NCBI GenBank assembly: GCA_000743035.1
Contig: CP008940.1
Span: forward strand, 1 to 32,000
From: Candidatus Paracaedimonas acanthamoebae
GTDB taxonomy: Bacteria; Pseudomonadota; Alphaproteobacteria; Caedimonadales; Caedimonadaceae
Direction: 5' to 3'
DNA length: 32,000 nt
A program made the position numbers and the translations under genes. Below the pieces are notes generated by a model. The model was not told where the DNA came from and made no database searches. It was given only the letters and a program-made list of their open reading frames with translations. Below are positions 18,241 through 25,424 of the stretch, piece by piece (position 1 is the stretch's first letter; each line of letters opens with the position of its first letter).

Positions 18241-18843
18241 TTAGATCAATTCATCATAAGAAATGTATTTAATACTATGACAAAATGTTTCTGAGTTTGG
18301 AATTTGCAACACATTATCATCATGAGATGAGAGTATGCCTATAATGTTTCCACGGAACTCCCAATGACTAAGAAACTTAAAACCACCCCAAAAAGCAAGA
18401 TCTTTATGATCGTCTATATGATCACTGATGGTAATGATATTTTTTATCGATAATTTATCGCATATCCATGATGCATTCTTCATAATGCTCTGATAAAATT
18501 TATAGGTAATCTTATTAAACTCATCTCCATCATCATGGATTTCGCTATCAGCATAAATATGGTAGCCAACATCTCTAATGATCAATGCAAAATCTGTTGT
18601 TGGCCGATCAAAATTGATAGGGATGTCACTATTGTTATTACTATGGGAAAAGGTAACTTTCCCGATGGTCCCCTCTTCTTCGTCTAAGCATAAAAGGTAT
18701 AAATCTTCATTAAGTATATTCTTAGGATCATATAAATTAATTGCTTCAAGGTTGAATTCAAGAGGATCCTTCAGATTATCTGAAGTAGTATGTTTATCCC
18801 AAAGCTCCTCATAAAATTCCTTGTTTTGGAAAATAACAAACAT
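18241..18843 (-). CDS. Hypothetical acidic cytoplasmic protein (200 aa)
   Basis: Long ORF in an AT-rich context, starting 9 nt after the stop of the upstream 89-aa membrane ORF. No family assigned. The tail DLAFWGGFKF only weakly recalls GNAT-type folds. Confidence 0.55.
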   Translation of the reverse strand: MFVIFQNKEFYEELWDKHTTSDNLKDPLEFNLEAINLYDPKNILNEDLYLLCLDEEEGTIGKVTFSHSNNNSDIPINFDRPTTDFALIIRDVGYHIYADSEIHDDGDEFNKITYKFYQSIMKNASWICDKLSIKNIITISDHIDDHKDLAFWGGFKFLSHWEFRGNIIGILSSHDDNVLQIPNSETFCHSIKYISYDELI

Positions 18844-18852
18844 TGTGCGTTT

Positions 18853-19122
18853 CTATTGAACCTTTTTTCTTTTACTTGGTAATTTGATTAAAGGTATTTC
18901 TCCTATTATTAATTCTTGTGCCTGCTTCATAAATTGATTTTTCAAATTTCCCGCCTGAATCTTTAAGCCAAAAAAAACACCAATAAAAAATGAAAGAAGG
19001 ATTAAAGCAACAGAACCACTTAGTCCTATAAAAACCCCTAGACAGAAAAAAGTAACGATTAATGGAATAGCATTAGCCTTGATAAATGATTTTAAGGTCA
19101 TTGGTATCTTTCTCTTAACCAT
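18853..19122 (-). CDS. Small two-TM membrane protein (89 aa)
   Basis: Hydrophobic segments IPLIVTFFCLGVFIGL and VALILLSFFIGVFFGL with basic N- and C-termini. It appears coupled to the downstream 200-aa ORF. Confidence 0.45.
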   Translation of the reverse strand: MVKRKIPMTLKSFIKANAIPLIVTFFCLGVFIGLSGSVALILLSFFIGVFFGLKIQAGNLKNQFMKQAQELIIGEIPLIKLPSKRKKVQ

Positions 19123-19188
19123 TTATTATAGGCTCCTTTCCTAATTCCGATCTAAAAAATTAATTGTCATCTTCTACGTTTGTATTTC

Positions 19189-20457
19189 TTAGGCTATTGA
19201 TGTAATTCTGAAATATTCTAGAGAAGATCCTAAAAGCTCTTGTAAAGTAAGCTTTAGCTCTTTTCCTAAATTCTTATCAACCCAATTTCCTACAAATCTA
19301 TTTGGTGCTTGAAGCTCAACTTCTGTAGAGTTTATGGTAATGATATTGAGAGGATACAACCAATTCTTAACCATCTTAGGACCTAATATTTCACACAACT
19401 TTAAACAAGCCTTAATCCAAGTTTGATCTTTAGAAGAATTAAGAAGTTCCTGTTTTAATTCTTCACGAGCTTTGGTTTCTTCCTCAAGTGATATATTTTT
19501 TGGTTTTTCTTCAACCTTTCGATCACCAAGAGTAAAATCCCCAGCTTGTATTCTCTCAAAAGTTTCATGTTTAATAGCCCAAGTGAGTTTGGCTTTGAAA
19601 TTGGTTCCCCTCTTCTCTCCCATCAAGAATTGAGATGATGCAATCTGGCGGCAATAAGATCTCCAATTTTCAAGAGAACTTTTAAAAACTATTCCGTAAG
19701 ATATGCTTAACCTTGAAATGAGGGTTAATGTTAGGTGATTAACATCCAATTCCCCAATTTCCTCAATCCAAATATTTTTCATATCATTTGCAATTTTCTT
19801 CTTCTCATCAATTTTGGATGAGAGAGAGGCTGGAGAAAGAGAAGAAGTTGAAGTATTTTCTGAATTATTCTTCTTCCCCCCTATAGTCCCCCCAGATTTT
19901 CTAGCATAGGAACGACTGTTTGTGTCGTTCCTGGAACGATAGTTAGAAATAGTTTCTAACTTGCTTTCTTTCCTATCTTCTTCAGGTATTTGAGCACTAG
20001 ATTTTTGGTCTGTAGCTTCAGGATTTAAGTTGGATGAATCTTTCTCCTCAGCAGACTTCTGGTCTTTCTTTTGTGAGGGATCTTTGTTTTGTACAAAATA
20101 AGTTCTGTTGGTCTTACGATCATAATAGCTTGCATAAAGTTTACCTTGGAACTTATCTTCAGCATTCAGGAAGGCAGTTTTACTATTATAGCGAACTCCT
20201 ATGAGTTCAAAAGTAGCATTAAAGACACGACGAGAAAAACCTAGTTCTTCTGTCCAGCTATCACCTGCTCTATATAATGGATGGTTACAAGGTTCTAAGA
20301 ATTTATAAAATCCTTGAGGTTTTTTAGAAAACCAATATTCAAGTTGGCCTCTTATAAGACCTAAATATGGTGAACCTAATCCAGGCTCAGTGGTACGATA
20401 ACATAAAATTACGAATGATTTTTTAGGATACAAAATCCTTTTAGGTAAAACACTCAT
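19189..20457 (-). CDS. Second replication-initiator candidate with a DnaA_N-like C-terminal domain (paralog of 12503-13957)
   Basis: It aligns by eye with the other gene. DMKNIWIEEIGELDV...WRSYCRQIASSQFLMGE...KLTWAIKHETFERIQAGDFTLGDR matches EMKEIWMEEIGFLEI...WRSYCRKIASSKFLMGE...WLTWAIKEEAFHKIESGQFTLGDR. The end, APNRFVGNWVDKNLGKELKLTLQELLG, is DnaA domain-I-like. An AGGAG lies 7 nt upstream of ATG 20457. The ORF is open up to 20472. Confidence 0.6.
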   Translation of the reverse strand: MSVLPKRILYPKKSFVILCYRTTEPGLGSPYLGLIRGQLEYWFSKKPQGFYKFLEPCNHPLYRAGDSWTEELGFSRRVFNATFELIGVRYNSKTAFLNAEDKFQGKLYASYYDRKTNRTYFVQNKDPSQKKDQKSAEEKDSSNLNPEATDQKSSAQIPEEDRKESKLETISNYRSRNDTNSRSYARKSGGTIGGKKNNSENTSTSSLSPASLSSKIDEKKKIANDMKNIWIEEIGELDVNHLTLTLISRLSISYGIVFKSSLENWRSYCRQIASSQFLMGEKRGTNFKAKLTWAIKHETFERIQAGDFTLGDRKVEEKPKNISLEEETKAREELKQELLNSSKDQTWIKACLKLCEILGPKMVKNWLYPLNIITINSTEVELQAPNRFVGNWVDKNLGKELKLTLQELLGSSLEYFRITSIA

Positions 20458-20500
20458 TTGTTTTCTCCTCATTTTGAGGTGCTACAAACAAGCAATATCC

Positions 20501-20528
20501 TTGACATTAGCACAAAATATGCTATGTT
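20501..20528 (+). promoter_or_regulatory. Sigma70-like promoter (TTGACA, 16-nt spacer, TGcTATGTT extended -10)
   Basis: Perfect -35 TTGACA at 20501-20506 and -10 TATGTT at 20523-20528, preceded by TG. It is bracketed by the 9-bp inverted repeat AAACAAGCA (20486-20494) / TGCTTGTTT (20546-20554). The palindrome ACATCGATGT lies at 20537-20546. Confidence 0.45.
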
Positions 20529-20534
20529 ATTTAT

Positions 20535-20602
20535 GAACATCGATGTGCTTGTTTATTAGCACGGTTATTGACGAAAGACCCGGTTGCAGCCGGGTTTTTT
20601 TT
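20535..20602 (+). ncRNA. Candidate ~65-70 nt small RNA next to the rep2 start
   Basis: Defined only by the promoter above and the intrinsic terminator below. It contains no ORF and lies immediately upstream of rep2, on the opposite strand. Confidence 0.3.
20578..20602 (+). terminator. Rho-independent terminator
   Basis: ACCCGG-ttgcag-CCGGGT stem-loop followed by eight T residues (20595-20602). Confidence 0.55.
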
Positions 20603-20792
20603 CATTTATTTCCCAATTAAAGTTTCATATTAATTCCTTCAACTATTAATAAAAATCTAACCATTTTATATAGCTATATAAAACATCGGTTTAAGTTGCA
20701 AGAATAAAATTCACATATTCTTAAACCATTGTAAAAACATTCTACTGAAATAACCCAATGTAATCGTCATAAATTAACAAAATGTCTAATAA

Positions 20793-20905
20793 ATGCACAC
20801 TAAATGAATTGTATATGTATAATATATGTAAATCATAAGAATATTAAATGTACAGTGAATGTCTTGAGTGTATCTTAATCTTGATATTCATATGCACACT
20901 AAATG
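20793..20905. repeat. Two copies of ATGCACACTAAATG, 99 bp apart, in the AT-rich region downstream of the par genes
   Basis: Exact 14-mers at 20793-20806 and 20892-20905. The ACACTA core is shared with the repeats upstream of parA. Confidence 0.7.
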
Positions 20906-21127
20906 CACATTATATTTATAATATAAATGAAATTTTATAAGCCACTAATAAAAAAAGGGAAAAAAATATAATGTATAATGTGCGTATAGCATACATATGA
21001 TGTGCAGAATATCATTTTATATAGGTAAAGCTTTATGAATTAAATGAAATATGAACGCTATATGTATATTATACGTATGTTAATTGTATAGTATACATAT
21101 AACAATTGTATATAAATATGTAAAATA

Positions 21128-21610
21128 TTATGGATTATTGATGCTATTCTGTCTGAGAAATTTGCAGAAATCTTTATTAATTCTGTAGGAAGCAAACCCA
21201 CCTCTACCAGGCTTGTTTTCGTGGGCTGAAATTAAATTCTTTTGCTTTAATCGTAACAGGGAACTTGCAATAGAATTTTTAGTAGATCTTGTATATTCTA
21301 CCAGATCATGGATCGAGAATGCAAATGTATATGCGTACTGGCTATCTTCATGACTAATTTTATTGCATAAATAAAATAAGATACTTTTCTGTAAGCCAAA
21401 TAGGGCTCTTAAGGTCTTTGTATAATCAATATTATTTTCAGATGGCAACTCTTTATGATTCAATAAATCATTACTAGAGTTATGTTCCTCTTTATGATCG
21501 ATAGCGGGGGGATTTTTAGGTGTTTCAACATCAATTTCCCAAGGTCTGTAAGAAACTTTTTCAAATTTCTTACTTCTGCTTTTTAATTTAAGTTCGTCGA
21601 TATTAGGCAT
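21128..21610 (-). CDS. Small winged-helix DNA-binding protein; candidate centromere-binding partner of ParA
   Basis: 160 aa. A GGGAG lies about 7 nt upstream of the ATG, and the gene starts 16 nt after the parA stop. The C-terminal LVEYTRSTKNSIASSLLRLKQKNLISAHENKPGRGGFASYRI looks like a MarR/wHTH recognition helix plus wing. The function is inferred from position. Confidence 0.45.
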   Translation of the reverse strand: MPNIDELKLKSRSKKFEKVSYRPWEIDVETPKNPPAIDHKEEHNSSNDLLNHKELPSENNIDYTKTLRALFGLQKSILFYLCNKISHEDSQYAYTFAFSIHDLVEYTRSTKNSIASSLLRLKQKNLISAHENKPGRGGFASYRINKDFCKFLRQNSINNP

Positions 21611-21626
21611 ATCTAGCTCCCATTAT

Positions 21627-22589
21627 TTATCCGTTAACCGCAGTTAGCTCATTATCAAGATTTTCAATCTCTAATATTTCTCGTGTTAAAAGATCTATAT
21701 CTTCTTTTGCGGGAGTTATTTTAAGATTGTTAAATATATTTGTGCCGCTATATATCGCATTTGGAAAATCCTGGGATGATCGTATTATGGTCTTGCAAAG
21801 CAGCGTTTTGAAAACATCATGATTTAAAATGGATCTTAAAACTTCATTTGAAAGTGCTGTTCTACTATCAAATTTGTTAACAACTACTTTAACTGCAATG
21901 TTTTTACCAAATTTACGATTAAGGCTAGTAATTTCTTCATATGTCACCTTCATACCAGAAATACTAAATTGTTCAGGAGTTAGCGGAGAAACAATTAGAT
22001 CAGAAGAGAGAGTGGCTGCAGCTACAGATTGCCCAAGGGCCGGCGGACAATCAATCACAACTAAATCATAATTAGTTGCAAGTTTTTTTAAAATGTCACC
22101 ATATACTTTATCGAGGCTATATTTTTCCAACATTATAAGATTATCTAAAGTTGCATTTTCAATACGGCTAGGTATTAGGTCTAAACCTGGTGAAATGTTA
22201 ACAATTGCTTCCCTTGGCTCAACTTGGCCTTTTAATATATCAATCATAACGGGCGCATTATTAGCATCTACAGAAAATGCTTGGGTTAGATTTCCCTGCT
22301 GATCAAGATCAATGCAAAGTACTTTGCAACCATATAAATTGGCCCTAATAGCAAAGGAGTGTGTTAAGGAGGTTTTACCTGTTCCTCCTTTAACAACCTG
22401 AAAAGAAACAACTTTTTTCTTAAACTTTAGATCAAATAACTTTTTTGAAGTTTCATGACCAAAAAAGACCCTATTTTGGCTTTTGAAGGATTCTAAATTT
22501 TTAGCTTTTAGATTCTTGTGCACTGCTTGAGCGGTAACTCCAAGGATGGTAGCTGCATCATTGGTCGTCATCTTTGCATATAAAGACAT
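21627..22589 (-). CDS. parA: ParA-family partition ATPase with an N-terminal HTH extension
   Basis: Deviant Walker A VVKGGTGKTS, then LCIDLDQQGNLT and VVIDCPPALG. The N-terminal ~60 aa carry the HTH-like TTNDAATILGVTAQAVHKNLK, as in type Ia ParA proteins. Confidence 0.9.
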   Translation of the reverse strand: MSLYAKMTTNDAATILGVTAQAVHKNLKAKNLESFKSQNRVFFGHETSKKLFDLKFKKKVVSFQVVKGGTGKTSLTHSFAIRANLYGCKVLCIDLDQQGNLTQAFSVDANNAPVMIDILKGQVEPREAIVNISPGLDLIPSRIENATLDNLIMLEKYSLDKVYGDILKKLATNYDLVVIDCPPALGQSVAAATLSSDLIVSPLTPEQFSISGMKVTYEEITSLNRKFGKNIAVKVVVNKFDSRTALSNEVLRSILNHDVFKTLLCKTIIRSSQDFPNAIYSGTNIFNNLKITPAKEDIDLLTREILEIENLDNELTAVNG

Positions 22590-22686
22590 AATTTGCCCTT
22601 TTCTATATCAGTTGTTTGCTTAATATATATATATCATGAAATATACTATGTAAATAGTAAACGTATTATATACGTACAGTGTATGT

Positions 22687-22985
22687 ACACTATATATAGA
22701 TTTTATAAACTGTACACCATATGCACACTATATGTCTACTGTTAATCATAAAACAAGGAAAGTCATACATTTACTTTAAGTAAATATACTATACATACAC
22801 TATACATATAGTATATGAATTGCATTAATGTATATGGTTTGTATGTCATATGTATAGTATACAAACACCATATGTACATTATATTTTTAACTTTGTTAAT
22901 AATGTATTATTTTGTAAACATTAAATATGATTGGAATTAATGTATATGGTTTGTATGTCATATGTATAGTATACAAACACCATAT
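22687..22985. repeat. Array of six ACAC(C/T)ATA(T/C) motifs upstream of parA and ssb; candidate centromere or iterons
   Basis: Copies start at 22687, 22714, 22725, 22797, 22865 and 22977. Several extend to ACACCATATG(C/T)ACA. Confidence 0.6.
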
Positions 22986-23047
22986 GTACATTATATTTTT
23001 AACTTTGTTAATAATGTATTATTTTGTAAACATTAAATATGATTGGA
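22824..23047. repeat. Perfect 112-bp tandem duplication (2 copies)
   Basis: 22824-22935 equals 22936-23047 base for base (ATTAATGTATATGGTTTGTATGTCATATGTATAGTATACAAACACCATATGTACATTATATTTTTAACTTTGTTAATAATGTATTATTTTGTAAACATTAAATATGATTGGA). It ends 24 nt before the ssb ATG. Confidence 0.9.
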
Positions 23048-23071
23048 ATTTTAGATAGGGGAGATGTTTGA

Positions 23072-23518
23072 ATGTCAAGCTCAGTAAACAAAGTAATATT
23101 GGTTGGTAATTTAGGAAAAGATCCAGAAATCCGTATGGCTCAAGATGGGACAAAGATAGCTCAATTATCTGTTGCAACTTCAGAATCTTGGAGAAACAAG
23201 GTAACAGGAGAACGACAAGATAGGACAGAATGGCATCGAGTTATCGTGTTTAATCCTAATATTGCTGATGTCTGTGAGAAATATCTCCGTAAAGGAGCTA
23301 AGATCTATGTTGAAGGACAGCTCCAAACACGTAAATGGACTGATCAAGCTGGACAAGAGAAATATACAACTGAAATCGTGCTGTCCAAATTTAAAGGGGA
23401 ACTGGCGATGCTTGATGGTCGCTCAGAAGGAGAGGGGAGTACACCAACAATGGGTTATATGAGTAAATTAAGCCCGGTTGATTCTTCTTCAAATAATGTA
23501 AGCGATCTTCCGTTTTAG
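23072..23518 (+). CDS. ssb: Single-stranded DNA-binding protein
   Basis: OB-fold N-terminus NKVILVGNLGKDPEIR...TEWHRVIVF...YLRKGAKIYVEGQLQTRKW, a flexible tail, and the C-terminal tip DLPF. A GGGGAG Shine-Dalgarno lies upstream. Confidence 0.95.
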   Translation: MSSSVNKVILVGNLGKDPEIRMAQDGTKIAQLSVATSESWRNKVTGERQDRTEWHRVIVFNPNIADVCEKYLRKGAKIYVEGQLQTRKWTDQAGQEKYTTEIVLSKFKGELAMLDGRSEGEGSTPTMGYMSKLSPVDSSSNNVSDLPF

Positions 23519-23543
23519 ACACTTTTTTATTCTCAATAAATGT

Positions 23544-23588
23544 CAGCTAAGGGATGAAAGCTAACGTGAAAACCTTATCCCTTAACTG
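23544..23588. terminator. Hairpin between the convergent ssb and F-box/HU genes
   Basis: CAGCTAAGGGAT...ATCCCTTAACTG pairs at 11 of 12 positions with a 21-nt loop. There is no clear T-tract. Confidence 0.3.
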
Positions 23589-23601
23589 ATAGCTTGAGCT
23601 G

Positions 23602-24906
23602 TTATTTGTTAACAGCGCCCTTGAGCTCTTTGCCTGGCCTAAAGGCTGCAACTTTGCTTGCAGCAATCTTAATCTCTACACCAGTTCTTGGGTTTCTTCC
23701 TGTACGTGCAGCTCTCCCATTGACTTTGAAGCTTCCAAAACCTGTTAAACGGACTTCTTCACCTTTTGCAAGATAAATAAGAGGTTTCTTTGCTGAAATA
23801 TAATCCATTTGCAAAGCTTGAACTTCTGATCTTGAAAGCAATAAACAGTCAGGGCAAAGATCTTGGAAATTTGGAAAGAGTTCAGGAATCTTAATACGAG
23901 AATTTACACGATCTTCCATAAGATCATAAGCATCCTTAGTTCGTATTCTAAATAATGGTTCATTAAACGTATCAATTGTATTTGCTAAATCTTGAGCGTT
24001 TTGAAACGATCTCAAATTACTGCAAGATATTGGTTTCCCTTTAAAACTAAGCTCCCTCAAATCAGATTGACCAGGAAGCACTATTTCACAATTAAGCTTA
24101 AGTTCACCTTTTAAGTTTAATGGAGTATTGGCAATAACATGTATAAAAAGTGCTTTCTGGAGTTGTCCTTCTGGCGCCAATATTTCTTTACCATCTTCCG
24201 CAGTGCTATCCTTAACAAAATAAACCCTACCTTTAGCTTTAATATGGGGGGTTTCTTCAACAATTTCTCTTAAATGTTCTGGATCCCGAAAACGAACCAT
24301 AACAGGACCACAATTTGTTGTAACTGACCTGACCAATCTAATCGATTGAGGTTGTGGTTCAAAAGTTACTTGACTAAATCTTAAACGAAAATCGCTTGCA
24401 TAAGCGTTTTCTGAGATTAAAAAATTTGTTCTTGTAATTGTTGTTATGAAAATTCTGTAGGCTTTAGATGAAGTAAATTTAAAATTTGATAAGCTTTTTA
24501 AGTCAAGAAAGGAAGCAATATGACATAAGCTTTCATTAGGCAATAATAGAAAGAGAAGATTCAGCCTTTTTAAATTATTTTGAGAAGGAAGAAATTCTTG
24601 ATTGCTGGCTCGTTTGAACCATTTATACGCTTTAGGTTCATTATTTGTAGCATAGTATTGCATTGCAAGATTGTGTTGTGCCTTTATATGCCCTTTCTTA
24701 GCAAGTGGCTTAAAGCATTCGATAGCTCTTTGTGTATCGCCAGAATTTCGAAAATCAAGACCTTGTTTATAAAGTATTTCATCAGCTTCTTCTTTCAATG
24801 GTTTTGATGCCATAAGTGATGCAGATAAACTAAGAATAAAGCTTATGTGTACAAAAAAGAATTTAGGAAATCTCATAAGGAATTTAATCATTTTTAAAAG
24901 GCCCAT
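23602..24906 (-). CDS. Chimeric ORF: signal/TM-like N-terminus, Sel1-like repeats, F-box-like motif, unknown middle domain and an HU/IHF-type C-terminal half
   Basis: Sel1-like: [34 protein letters not shown]-box-like: [33 protein letters not shown], against the consensus LP.E.l..I.s.Ld.k.L......vsK.w. The last ~60 aa, [54 protein letters not shown], closely follow the HU beta-arm region (GFG.F.v..RaaR.GRNP.TGe.i.I.a..vp.Fk.Gk.Lk.av). Confidence 0.75.
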   Translation of the reverse strand: MGLLKMIKFLMRFPKFFFVHISFILSLSASLMASKPLKEEADEILYKQGLDFRNSGDTQRAIECFKPLAKKGHIKAQHNLAMQYYATNNEPKAYKWFKRASNQEFLPSQNNLKRLNLLFLLLPNESLCHIASFLDLKSLSNFKFTSSKAYRIFITTITRTNFLISENAYASDFRLRFSQVTFEPQPQSIRLVRSVTTNCGPVMVRFRDPEHLREIVEETPHIKAKGRVYFVKDSTAEDGKEILAPEGQLQKALFIHVIANTPLNLKGELKLNCEIVLPGQSDLRELSFKGKPISCSNLRSFQNAQDLANTIDTFNEPLFRIRTKDAYDLMEDRVNSRIKIPELFPNFQDLCPDCLLLSRSEVQALQMDYISAKKPLIYLAKGEEVRLTGFGSFKVNGRAARTGRNPRTGVEIKIAASKVAAFRPGKELKGAVNK

Positions 24907-25045
24907 AATACTTAGAATTTTTAATTCTATAGCACACTGGTTATAAATTTAAAAATTTATTTCTCAATAGACAATTATTTATAAGGGATTACAATATTAT
25001 TGTTCATATTCGCAGAATTTAATTAAAATTGTATGGGCATTCTAA

Positions 25046-25201
25046 AAAGTTGACCAACTTAATGACTCGAAAAAAAAGATTAAAAATTGCCACGGTGTTA
25101 TGGAAGCAACAGGCAGATATGGAGAAGATTTCACAAGGTCAGATAAATCATCCATTGCCAAAGAGCTTAATATTAGTCGAGAGGCGCTTTATCAGTATTG
25201 A
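25046..25201 (+). pseudogene. Possible relic of a serine-recombinase/resolvase C-terminal HTH
   Basis: The frame ending at TGA 25199-25201 reads ...GRYGEDFTRSDKSSIAKELNISREALYQY*, which resembles the resolvase HTH pattern S...IAk.lgiSR.tlYrY. The neighbouring frame reads GHSKKLTNL (compare GRPkkLt). No catalytic domain is present. An A8 run lies at 25070-25077. Confidence 0.3.
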
Positions 25202-25424
25202 AGAGGCTAATAAGCGAGCTTTTCTATTTTTTAATAGTTATACTTTGTAACGCCCAGAATCTTAAATTCTCTTAAGTAAAATTTGTAGAAAAGCTTTAAC
25301 TTTCAAAAGATATTATTGTTTATTTATGTGGTTATTTTATCCCATAGGTAAGAATATATTTACATCTTAAAGGCAAGTCTTTTAAGGTAGTGAGCAAGTA
25401 GAGTATTTTTATTGGGGAGACAAA

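Noticed and set aside
18241-18843. The 200-aa protein as a LuxI-type or GNAT acyltransferase
   Set aside because: There is only a vague resemblance (YLLC.DEE.G and a GF-containing tail). The conserved LuxI Arg/Phe/Trp/Asp residues are not identifiable by eye.
22620-23050. AT-rich repeats as a CRISPR array
   Set aside because: There are only two long identical units with no unique spacers between them. The short motifs are irregularly spaced, and there are no cas genes.
23594-23776. Listed 60-aa plus-strand ORF
   Set aside because: It is antisense to the strongly conserved HU-like tail of the 434-aa ORF.
25029-25250. Listed 73-aa ORF as a functional gene
   Set aside because: There is no convincing RBS. 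Its recombinase-like fragments are split over two frames, so I treat it as a relic rather than a gene.
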